Virus record (IMG/VR): IMGVR_UViG_3300037423_000623
Span: 1 to 39,216 of that record
Source: a virus
Direction: 5' to 3' (one strand)
DNA: 39,216 nucleotides
In this document: in pieces, positions 1-6,512 of the stretch
Layout of the letters: each line of letters starts with the position of its first letter
Position numbering within the stretch: position 1 is the stretch's first letter
Notes under the pieces: generated by a model
What the model was told of the DNA's origin: nothing
Seen by the model: the letters and a program-made list of their open reading frames with translations, nothing else
The model's database searches: none
Position numbers and translations under genes: made by a program

Positions 1-127
1 AAAAGGCGATTGTCTCGACGGTCTCAAGATCGGGATAGGCCGCCAGCGCCTCCGTCACGTTGTCGCCGGCCTTCCCCAACATCGGGATCAGCATGAAATC
101 GTCAAAGCGGTTTGGCCCGTCGGTGGT
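1..127. repeat. Terminal direct repeat, left copy
   Basis: Compared base by base with 39090..39216: 127/127 identical. Lies inside a minus-strand ORF. Confidence 0.98.
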
Positions 128-250
128 GACAACGAAACTGAAGCCGCTAAACGCGCCGTTCAACTCGTCCTCCATGCGCATCTGAAACAAGAGGTTGTCG
201 AACTTGGCGCCGATCGGCGGCACAACTACAAAGCTGCGGCATGCGTCCAT
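1..250 (-). CDS. Hypothetical protein, N-terminal part of a junction-spanning ORF (ATG at 250-248)
   Basis: Manual reverse translation gives MDACRSFVVVPPIGAKFDNLLFQMRMEDELNGAFSGFSFVVTTDGPNRFDDFMLIPMLGKAGDNVTEALAAYPDLETVETIAF and stays open to the window edge. An AGGGG SD-like element lies about 8 nt upstream. The ORF is absent from the ORF track because no stop is reached at the left edge. Confidence 0.55.
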   Translation of the reverse strand, partial: MDACRSFVVVPPIGAKFDNLLFQMRMEDELNGAFSGFSFVVTTDGPNRFDDFMLIPMLGKAGDNVTEALAAYPDLETVETIAF

Positions 251-429
251 GGTTTTTCCCCTACCCTGCCAAAAGGAGCCGGCGACCGATCTTGGGGGGA
301 GGGCTTGGGAGCTCTAGCGATCGGCCGCCGACGTGCTCTTAGGCAACAACGATATGAAATTCTGGTCGGAGCCTAGCGGCAACCGGAAGGCCGGGCCATA
401 GTGAACAGGCGGTTACTATCCACAAGCAG

Positions 430-672
430 TCACGACTTAATGCTTGGCTCTGGCGGCATCTCTCGCGGCTCAAAGCTGAGCCGGTCGACGGTCTTGACGA
501 TGGCGGCGGCAAGGGCTGCGGCTTCATGCATGATCGTCGGGCCATAATGCCCGTTCACCTGTTCCTCGCTCATGAGAACGCCAGGCGGGCAATGTTCCTC
601 AATGGTTCGCCGGATCAGCGTGAGCGCCGCTCGGCATTCGGCCGTGTCCATCGTGGTCATGCTCTGAAACAT
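430..672 (-). CDS. Hypothetical small protein (80 aa)
   Basis: ATG-to-stop ORF with GC-rich third codon positions, downstream of int on the same strand. No recognisable motif. Confidence 0.5.
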   Translation of the reverse strand: MFQSMTTMDTAECRAALTLIRRTIEEHCPPGVLMSEEQVNGHYGPTIMHEAAALAAAIVKTVDRLSFEPREMPPEPSIKS

Positions 673-722
673 GCGACACAGCTAAAATGTTCCACCATTT
701 AGGCCGGCGGCCCGTGGGGCAC

Positions 723-906
723 GCGGGACAAAAAACATAACAAAAAATGGCTAAGCTCGCTTGTCCCACTTTTTGCCAAGCCATTGAAAAGGCCCGTTTC
801 ATGCAGCCCGGCTAGGGGCACCACCACCTTTTTCAGGCGCTGATTTTGTTGGGCTTTTCGGCTGTTTTTGTCCCACTTTCTTCAACCGGCTGATCCGGTG
901 GGACAA
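723..906. promoter_or_regulatory. Cluster of four TTGTCCCAC-type 9-mers in two inverted pairs around the int stop codon; candidate integrase arm-type sites / attP region
   Basis: GCGGGACAA at 723-731 (inverted, 8/9). TTGTCCCAC at 761-769. TTGTCCCAC at 868-876. GTGGGACAA at 898-906 (inverted, 9/9). The int stop is at 833-835. Confidence 0.35.
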
Positions 907-1981
907 CTTCGTCCATTTTTTGTTCCGCAGTGAACAGCAGTTTATGGGCCGCTCGACCAGCGATCAGCTTGCGTCTGGCCTTCTTGGTGTAGTGCGTCGA
1001 TTGCGCCTTCGTGACCCATCCGTAGATCGCCATCAGTTCTTCGTCGGTGGCGCCGTTCTCGGCGGCGATGGTCGCGCCAAGCTTGCGCAATCCGTGTAGC
1101 GAGCACTGTGGCAGGTCGGCTTGGTCGCACCAGTCACGCATCTTGTTACCAAGGGTGTTCACTGTGAACGGGCGCTTCCATTCGGATTCGAGATAGGTCA
1201 TTGCGCCGGCCGCGCCAGCATCCATTTCGATCTGCAAAATCGGCAAGATTGGCAGCTCGACCAGCACGCCGGTTTTCTTCTCTGTCTTGCCTGGGCGGAT
1301 GGTGAGCCAACCAGCCTTTACGTGCTGCTTGCCGACTATGGACAGGTCTTCGCGGCGAAGGCCCGTGAACATCGCCAGATACAGCGCCAGGCGCGCCTTT
1401 GACCCGCTCGGATGCTTGGCCTTATAGGTCTCGAACTCTTCGACCGTCCAGGAGTGGAAGCCGTCACCCGAATAGAGCCGCTTGATCCGCAGCGCCGGAT
1501 TGACCGCTGCCACGCCGGCATCCACTGCCCAGCCGAACATCGCCGACATCACCTTGACGACTTCGTTTTGGGCGCCGGCCGTTGATCGTATCTCGTCGCG
1601 GATTTCAAGAACGTGCTTGCGCTCCATCAGTGCGAAGGGCAGCGCGCCGCGCTTCTTGGTCTTGTGCTTGCTCTCGCAAATGTCGTCGAGAATGACCGAT
1701 CGGCGGGCCAGCAGCTTCGGGGTCAGCTTACCGCGCCTCTTGTACTGCTCGCAAAGCCAGCGGAACGACCCTTCACCCGCGGTTTCCGGTTTCGGTGTCT
1801 CGGCCTCGGGCTGTTTGTAGGGGACGCCGAGCCGAGCGCATGCCACCTCGGCGTCAAATTCCTTGGTGCCGGGGATCTCATGCAGCCGCACCTTGGACCG
1901 TCCAGACGTGCGGAAATACAGGCGGACGTTCCCGTGCCTGTCGCGGTCTGGCGATACTCCCTTGGGCAATTTCTTCGGCAT
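833..1981 (-). CDS. int: Tyrosine recombinase / phage integrase
   Basis: C-terminal catalytic signature: HGLRKLGAT..., then ...AIYGW...STHYTKKA (H-x-x-R and the Tyr nucleophile region), plus ...LAMFTGLRREDL (Arg I box). The track start is TTG at 1990; ATG at 1981 shares one base with the xis stop (TGATG). Confidence 0.95.
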   Translation of the reverse strand: MPKKLPKGVSPDRDRHGNVRLYFRTSGRSKVRLHEIPGTKEFDAEVACARLGVPYKQPEAETPKPETAGEGSFRWLCEQYKRRGKLTPKLLARRSVILDDICESKHKTKKRGALPFALMERKHVLEIRDEIRSTAGAQNEVVKVMSAMFGWAVDAGVAAVNPALRIKRLYSGDGFHSWTVEEFETYKAKHPSGSKARLALYLAMFTGLRREDLSIVGKQHVKAGWLTIRPGKTEKKTGVLVELPILPILQIEMDAGAAGAMTYLESEWKRPFTVNTLGNKMRDWCDQADLPQCSLHGLRKLGATIAAENGATDEELMAIYGWVTKAQSTHYTKKARRKLIAGRAAHKLLFTAEQKMDEVVPPDQPVEESGTKTAEKPNKISA

Positions 1982-2244
1982 CAATCCCAAGGGTTCACAC
2001 CTGGGGTATCGCCGTCAAGCGGGGTGATCGGCTCGGAACGATGCGGAATCGCCCGGAAAGCGGTCGCGACCTCGGCAACGTCCCATATTAGCCGGCCGCC
2101 GACCATGCGCGGCTCTGGCATTTTCCGGGCGGCAACCAGGCGGTCAAAGAGACTTTCGCCGATCCCGATAAATGCTGCCGCCTGCTCCCGGCTGATACCA
2201 ACCGGGGGCAGGCTCTCGGGCAGGATGGCGGCGCCGCGCTTCAC
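1981..2244 (-). CDS. xis: Excisionase-type helix-turn-helix protein (AlpA/MerR-like)
   Basis: 87 aa immediately upstream of and overlapping int. Contains ISREQAAAFIGIGESLFDRLVAARKMPEP, typical of excisionase-family HTH proteins. GTG start overlaps the previous stop (GTGA). Confidence 0.75.
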   Translation of the reverse strand: MKRGAAILPESLPPVGISREQAAAFIGIGESLFDRLVAARKMPEPRMVGGRLIWDVAEVATAFRAIPHRSEPITPLDGDTPGVNPWD

Positions 2245-2435
2245 TGCACGCCTCTCGATTTCAGCGCCGCCTCGGCGTCGAGCGCGCGGTGCTTCCAGAT
2301 ATCGCGCTCGATAGCGATCTGGCGTTCCGCACGCTCGGCCTTCTCGGCGCGAAACTCTGCCGCCGTGAGCTTGCCTTGAAGGCTTGCGATGTGCTCGCGG
2401 GTCTGGCGCTTGTATTCGGCCGCGCTACTAGCCAT
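2241..2435 (-). CDS. Small coiled-coil protein (64 aa)
   Basis: Internal ATG of track ORF 2241..2585. The upstream part of that ORF is an Arg/Ser-rich alternate frame of the Rha gene. The remaining sequence, MASSAAEYKRQTREHIASLQGKLTAAEFRAEKAERAERQIAIE..., is heptad-like. Confidence 0.5.
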   Translation of the reverse strand: MASSAAEYKRQTREHIASLQGKLTAAEFRAEKAERAERQIAIERDIWKHRALDAEAALKSRGVQ

Positions 2436-3171
2436 GGCCGGCACCAGTGAGCTTAAAGCGTCCTTCGATGAAAGGGTGTGTCGCCAAGGTGGCGGTCGCC
2501 ATCTGGCATTCACCGACGAAGCGCTTGAAGATCGCCGACACTTCCTTTTTGGCATAGCCGGCGTAATGCGAGCCGTCGGCGTCAACGTGCTGGTTTCGGA
2601 CCAGCGCGCGGATCGTCGGCGCGTAGAGGCTATCCCTCATCACCTTGTCGACGATCGCATCGGACAGGCCGTACTGCCGGTTTATGCGCTTGCGGATGTA
2701 GACGATGGATTCGCAGTCCACCGGCATCTTGTCGAGGATGACGTGCGCCTGGGCCATCTGGTCGACGCGCTCGCCAAGCGCCTCGATCTGGCGATGTTGC
2801 TCTGCTTGCCGGCGCTCGCCATCGGCGATCATCTGGAAGGCGCTGGCGAAGGCCTCGGCAGTCGTTGGCAGGCGCGGCGGGCTGGTCTCGTACGCTGCCA
2901 ATCGATCAATGACCCGCTTACGCAACCGGACATCATAGCCGGTCACTAGCGTCATGGTGTGTTCGCGATCCATGTTGATCAGCGAAATGTAGTCCCGGCC
3001 GTCCCGCTCAATGGTCACGCCTGGATGGTACAGTTCTGCACCATCCTCGCCGTAAAGCGACGCGAGCATGTTGCGGATGTCTCGGAGCGCCGTCTTGTGC
3101 TCCTTGTCCGTCAGTTCGGCGAGATCGCGGCTCGACATGGTAGGCCCAACGGAAGAGATGAGGCTATTCAT
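2428..3171 (-). CDS. Rha-family phage regulatory protein (antirepressor-type)
   Basis: The N-terminus, MNSLISSVGPTMSSRDLAELTDKEHKTALRDIRNM, matches the Phage_pRha signature (S-R-x-hydrophobic-A-E-x-x-x-K-x-H-x-x-x-L-R-D-I). ATG at 3171 is preceded by GGAGG. The track start at 3183 is TTG. Confidence 0.85.
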   Translation of the reverse strand: MNSLISSVGPTMSSRDLAELTDKEHKTALRDIRNMLASLYGEDGAELYHPGVTIERDGRDYISLINMDREHTMTLVTGYDVRLRKRVIDRLAAYETSPPRLPTTAEAFASAFQMIADGERRQAEQHRQIEALGERVDQMAQAHVILDKMPVDCESIVYIRKRINRQYGLSDAIVDKVMRDSLYAPTIRALVRNQHVDADGSHYAGYAKKEVSAIFKRFVGECQMATATLATHPFIEGRFKLTGAGHG

Positions 3172-3463
3172 TGTCGCCTCCAATCAGGGCCTTAAGAACC
3201 CGGTCGGTCAGTTGGTCCTGGCCCTCGATCCGCTTGGCGACTTCGACCGAACGCAGATACCGGCGCCATGTCGTCAACTCGCCCTCGGCCCGGGGCCGCG
3301 CCCCGCAAACGACGACCAGTGCTTCGTCCATTGCGTCGCAGGCAGGGAACTCGGATTCTTTCGGGATAAATCCCCAGTCCGAAAGTTCGCACCTACGACG
3401 ACAATCGGCCGTGGCTTCGATGTGGTTGGCGATGGCCTGCATCGTCGGGGAAAGGTCAGCCAT
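3164..3463 (-). CDS. Hypothetical protein (99 aa)
   Basis: Trimmed to the ATG (MADLSPTMQAIANH...) preceded by GGGAGGG. Overlaps the Rha start by 8 nt. Confidence 0.5.
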   Translation of the reverse strand: MADLSPTMQAIANHIEATADCRRRCELSDWGFIPKESEFPACDAMDEALVVVCGARPRAEGELTTWRRYLRSVEVAKRIEGQDQLTDRVLKALIGGDNE

Positions 3464-3710
3464 GGGCTTGCCCTCCCTGTCCTCGGCCTTTCGTTGGGTG
3501 TGTGAGATCGAACAGGCGTCCGCGAATTTCGTCGGCCGCGTTGATTTGATCGATCGCCAGCCAAGCCAGTTTCTGGACGACGCCGCCGACATCATTGCTC
3601 ATGGTCTCGGCGATGAAGGCCAACGCCTTCATAAGGTCTGTAGCGGTCGCTAACGGGTCTTCCTGATCGCAGACTGCCGAAAACATCGGGTCTTGCTTGG
3701 GGATGCTCAT
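3456..3710 (-). CDS. Hypothetical protein (84 aa)
   Basis: Trimmed to MSIPKQDPMF.... The ATG overlaps the stop of the upstream gene (ATGA at 3707-3710). The longer track ORF has an Arg-rich alternate-frame N-terminus. Confidence 0.5.
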   Translation of the reverse strand: MSIPKQDPMFSAVCDQEDPLATATDLMKALAFIAETMSNDVGGVVQKLAWLAIDQINAADEIRGRLFDLTHPTKGRGQGGQAHG

Positions 3711-3952
3711 GCTACATCTCCCTTCGTTCCGCAGGCCGCATAGAAGGTCTTTCGGACCTTCTGCGACATGTCGCATGCGACGCAGGCGGCGAAAAAGATG
3801 CGGTCCCGCTCCGTGCTGGTCATGACAAGGTTGTCGTCGCCGCGAACGGCAAATTGATCCTCGAGCAAGCTCATAAGGATATCCATCATGTTGTCGGCGT
3901 CGCAGATCAGCGGTTCCAGATCGCGCAGCGCTCTTTCTGCGGCGGTGCTCAT
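3707..3952 (-). CDS. Hypothetical protein (81 aa)
   Basis: Complete ORF. Its ATG overlaps the stop of the upstream gene (ATGA at 3949-3952). Confidence 0.5.
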   Translation of the reverse strand: MSTAAERALRDLEPLICDADNMMDILMSLLEDQFAVRGDDNLVMTSTERDRIFFAACVACDMSQKVRKTFYAACGTKGDVA

Positions 3953-4665
3953 GCTGCACCGCCTTCCTCGTCCATCATGGACGCGAGCAGGATCTGAAAA
4001 TCCCCGCTCTGGATTTCTGTTGCCCGGGTCTCGTGCGCGATGATCTCGGCCTTGCGGGCAAAGTCTGCAACCGTCGTGCAGCGGAAAGCACAGATCGCGG
4101 TGAAGGCGTCGAGATCGGCCTGGGACGCCTCGTCTTCGGCTTCCTTCGCCTGCCAGAAACCAAAGGCCTTGCGCCTCTCGATTTCATCGCGGATCACCTG
4201 CCGCAGCGTCCGCATGTCGCGCGTCTCGGCCTTGTGCAGTGCGTCGGCCGCTTCTGCCGCGACTGAGGGCGCAATCTTCGCGATGCTCGCCAACTTGCGG
4301 TGCTGATCCTCGTACCGCTTGATGATGTCGGCCCGGACTGACTGATAATCGCTGATGGGATGGAAAAAGCCGTTGACGTGGAAGGACTGCGCGCCGCCGA
4401 TTGAAAGGTCGACAAACAATTCCTTTTTGTGGGCGTCGAAATAGGCATCCTCGATCTTAGCGACTTCGGTCAGCACGTCGTTGAAATGGGTGTCGGCCTT
4501 GCGCTTGGCTGCGATTAGCCTTTCCAGTTCGGGTGAGGTTTCGGCGGTTGGCGCCGGCTTGGCGGTTGCCGCAAGCGCGGTGGCCGCGGCAAGGCCGCAG
4601 AGAACGCCGCGCCGCGACACGGCTGGAATTTCGGCCGCAGCGGTGTTATGTGTGGTCTTGATCAT
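3949..4665 (-). CDS. Hypothetical exported protein with twin-arginine (Tat) type signal peptide
   Basis: N-terminus ...AVSRRGVLCGLAAATALAATAKP: an S-R-R-x-V-L motif, a hydrophobic stretch and an A-x-A site. The rest is helical and charged. AGAGGG SD before the ATG. Confidence 0.6.
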   Translation of the reverse strand: MIKTTHNTAAAEIPAVSRRGVLCGLAAATALAATAKPAPTAETSPELERLIAAKRKADTHFNDVLTEVAKIEDAYFDAHKKELFVDLSIGGAQSFHVNGFFHPISDYQSVRADIIKRYEDQHRKLASIAKIAPSVAAEAADALHKAETRDMRTLRQVIRDEIERRKAFGFWQAKEAEDEASQADLDAFTAICAFRCTTVADFARKAEIIAHETRATEIQSGDFQILLASMMDEEGGAA

Positions 4666-4734
4666 CTTTGCCCTCTAAGCGCTGATGGTTGATTGGGGAG
4701 CCGCCTTGCCGGGCGGTTTCATTTCGAACGGCGA

Positions 4735-4944
4735 TCAGTTTGAGCTTGCAGGCTCGGCGGTCGCCGTTTTCGTTTCGCGGTCCATCCGGTCGCGGATGCA
4801 CCGAACAACCTCACTGTTGAGCGAACTTCCGTTTCGCCCGGCTTGCGCCGAGATAAATGCCTTGGCGTCTGGCGGCAGGCGCAGGCGCATCTGCGGGTCA
4901 GTCTGCTTCAATTGATCTCCTTTCTGTGACGCACAATGCGTCAT
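4735..4944 (-). CDS. Arc-like ribbon-helix-helix repressor (P22 Arc family)
   Basis: DPQMRLRLPPDAKAFISAQAGRNGSSLNSEVV aligns by eye with the P22 Arc core MPQFNLRWPREVLDLVRKVAEENGRSVNSEI. Confidence 0.85.
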   Translation of the reverse strand: MTHCASQKGDQLKQTDPQMRLRLPPDAKAFISAQAGRNGSSLNSEVVRCIRDRMDRETKTATAEPASSN

Positions 4945-5003
4945 TAACTATAGCGCACGGTGCGCCATTGCGGTCAAGAAAAAAATGACGCACATAGCGT
5001 CAT
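4926..5003. promoter_or_regulatory. Divergent promoter/operator region of the Arc-like and Mnt-like genes, with three palindromes
   Basis: gTGACGCACAATGCGTCAt at 4926-4944 and aTGACGCACATAGCGTCAt at 4985-5003 are 16/19 identical, and each overlaps one start codon. GCGCAC-G-GTGCGC lies at 4953-4965. Confidence 0.6.
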
Positions 5004-5388
5004 GGCTAGAAGCGACCCACATTTTCGCCTCCGCATCCCGCCCGAGTTGAAGGCGGTGATCGAGATCCACGCGAAGTACAACCAGCGCTCCATCAATGCG
5101 GAGATCGTTCACGCGCTTGAGCAGTATTTCCCCAAGCCAAAGACCAGCGATACGCAGATGGACATCGTTCGGCTCCTGGAAGGGATTGCCGATCGCGGCG
5201 GGCCGAACGCTGAAGACACCCGCTATCGTGCGCAGAACTTGCGGGAATTCCTCGCCCGGCATGGCGCGGAAGATGAACCCGTGTTGCCCCCCACTCTTAG
5301 CGAAAGTTACCGGTTCCAACGCGACATCGTCGCCGATCTCACCAAAGAGGTGGCGAGGCTGAAGGCGAAGATGGGGGACACCAGGTAA
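5002..5388 (+). CDS. Mnt-like ribbon-helix-helix repressor with C-terminal helical extension
   Basis: Starts MARSDPHFRLRIPPELKAVIEIHAKYNQRSINAEIV; compare the P22 Mnt N-terminus ARDDPHFNFRMPMEV...NGRSMNSEL. I prefer ATG 5002 over the track GTG at 4960 because it reproduces the Mnt N-terminus. Confidence 0.8.
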   Translation: MARSDPHFRLRIPPELKAVIEIHAKYNQRSINAEIVHALEQYFPKPKTSDTQMDIVRLLEGIADRGGPNAEDTRYRAQNLREFLARHGAEDEPVLPPTLSESYRFQRDIVADLTKEVARLKAKMGDTR

Positions 5389-5592
5389 CACCCCCGCGCG
5401 ACTAACCGGCAACGTGAACGCGGCGTAGGCGGCTCGCGTACCGGACGCCTCATCAGGTCTTCCGACTTCACGGACCCTGCGGTGCCGGCGCGCCACCTGG
5501 TTGGCCGCACCGGCATCCAACGGAATGGTGGCCGCGAAAGTCGAGAAGGAAAGGGCGTTCATTCGCTCGGCCTCGTTGATTTACGAAGCCAA

Positions 5593-5645
5593 GTTACACT
5601 AGTAGGGACGCACCATCAACACAAATCGTTGCATTGTGTGTAACA
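5593..5645. promoter_or_regulatory. Operator-like motif set downstream of the repressor gene (OL-like)
   Basis: GTTACACTAGTAGGGAC at 5593-5609, ACGCACC at 5608-5614 and TTGTGTGTAACA at 5634-5645. The same motifs recur at 6104-6165. Confidence 0.45.
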
Positions 5646-5709
5646 AGTTGCGCAGAGCGAGCAAGCCCTTGATTTCCGGGCAGCCCTGAAGTTACCCACA
5701 GGGGAACGG

Positions 5710-6033
5710 TCAGGCGGCAAGCAGCGCCCGAACTACGCTCTCTATCTGCTGGCGCTGTGCGGGATTGGCCTGCTCCCAAAGCGACCAGATTGCGCCGGCC
5801 TGGGTCGGGTCGCGCATGATCAGGTCTGCCGGTTCGCACTGGAGCGCGTCTGCCAATGCTTCCAAGGTGTCTTGGGTATACGGCTGCTTCCCACCTTCAA
5901 TGCGAGAAAGCGTTGCCTTGGATATCTCCACTCGATCAGCCAACCGGTCGAGCGTGAGGCCGCGGTGATTACGCCATTCCTTGATGAAGTGGCGCCGACG
6001 TTCAGCGCCTGGCTTCTGAAATCGAAGTGACAT
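5710..6033 (-). CDS. cI-like XRE-family HTH repressor (107 aa, no peptidase domain)
   Basis: Trimmed to MSLRFQKPGAERRRHFIKEWRNHRGLTLDRLADRVEISKATLSRIEGGKQ... (XRE HTH). GGGGAG SD lies 6 nt upstream. Divergent from a Cro-like gene. The track N-terminal extension is alternate-frame junk across the intergenic region. Confidence 0.85.
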   Translation of the reverse strand: MSLRFQKPGAERRRHFIKEWRNHRGLTLDRLADRVEISKATLSRIEGGKQPYTQDTLEALADALQCEPADLIMRDPTQAGAIWSLWEQANPAQRQQIESVVRALLAA

Positions 6034-6103
6034 CGGTTCTCCCCTTGGCTTTGTTCCGTTAAATGCAACTCTACACCGGCGGGAAACAATTTTCGATAGC
6101 GTC

Positions 6104-6165
6104 TTGTGTAACAGCGTTAACGAGGTGTATTGTTGCACTAGTAGGAACAGATCAGGAGACGCACC
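6104..6165. promoter_or_regulatory. Operator-like motif set between the cI-like and cro-like genes (OR-like)
   Basis: TTGTGTAACA at 6104-6113, GTTGCACTAGTAGGAAC at 6132-6148 (15/17 identical to 5593-5609) and ACGCACC at 6159-6165. Confidence 0.5.
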
Positions 6166-6168
6166 CAC

Positions 6169-6375
6169 ATGCACCCGCTGAAGGCATACCGGAAGGCGCG
6201 GAAGATCCCGCTCCATGACGTGGCGAAGGCCACCCAGCTTTCCAAGGCCTCGTTGTCGCGCATCGAGGCTTACAAGCAATCGCCGTCCCGCCCGTCGCTT
6301 GATCGGCTCATCAAGTATGCCGGCGGCCTGCTTACCCCGAATGACTTCTTTGGCGCGGGGCCGAGCGGACAATGA
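6169..6375 (+). CDS. Cro-like XRE-family HTH protein
   Basis: 68 aa containing KIPLHDVAKATQLSKASLSRIEAYKQSPS (HTH). Divergent from the repressor. AGGAGA SD upstream. Confidence 0.8.
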   Translation: MHPLKAYRKARKIPLHDVAKATQLSKASLSRIEAYKQSPSRPSLDRLIKYAGGLLTPNDFFGAGPSGQ

Positions 6376-6512
6376 GCTTTACCTACACCCGCACCGCCGA
6401 CGGCACCGTGATCGCCCGCGACCCTTCGTCCGGCATCACGGCATCCGGCGCCACCCTTGACGAGGCGCTGGCCGAACTGCGGCGCCTGCTGTCCATGGAA
6501 GAAGCTGCATGA
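6372..6512 (+). CDS. Micro-ORF (46 aa), not in the ORF track
   Basis: Manual translation: MSFTYTRTADGTVIARDPSSGITASGATLDEALAELRRLLSMEEAA. ATGA overlaps at both ends (6372-6375 and 6509-6512) bridge cro-like to ParB-like. The ...G.TLDEAL.EL... pattern resembles HicB/DUF1902-type small domains (weak). Confidence 0.5.
   Translation: MSFTYTRTADGTVIARDPSSGITASGATLDEALAELRRLLSMEEAA

Noticed and set aside
795-832. ...GGCTAGGGGCACCACCA just downstream of int looked like a tRNA 3' end (acceptor + CCA) that could be an attP core.
   Set aside because: Folding it back by hand gives no T-arm: the GTTTC / CCGGC segments are not complementary. No tRNA-like structure is supported.
4701-4720. Hairpin CCGCC-ttgccg-GGCGG followed by TTTCATTT between the Arc-like gene and the Tat-signal gene.
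   Set aside because: It is terminator-like only on the plus strand, where nothing is transcribed into it. The 5-bp stem is weak, and on the coding (minus) strand no U-run follows it.
4948-5562. 204-aa minus-strand ORF starting in the non-coding stretch left of the OL-like motifs and running antisense through the Mnt-like gene.
   Set aside because: The plus frame has an unmistakable Mnt/Arc RHH N-terminus, while the minus translation is Arg/Gly/Ala-rich. A short leftward transcript or peptide from 5562 cannot be excluded, but I see no independent support.
4666-6168. Alphaproteobacterial LexA box (GTTC-N7-GTTC) that could link the antirepressor circuit to the SOS response.
   Set aside because: Scanning the regulatory gaps by eye (4666-4734, 4945-5001, 5389-5709, 6034-6168) gave only single GTTC/GAAC tetramers at wrong spacing. 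An example is GTTC N13 GTTC at 6036-6056.
5710-6372. Long N-terminal extensions in the ORF track: 5710..6372, 12042..12740, 18108..19109, 34637..35908, 3456..3959, 11241..12020, 20483..20992, 19315..20595 and 37553..38026.
   Set aside because: The extensions run through intergenic DNA or the wrong frame of the upstream gene and translate to Arg-rich junk. Internal ATGs with good SD sequences or ATGA overlaps give sensible N-termini.
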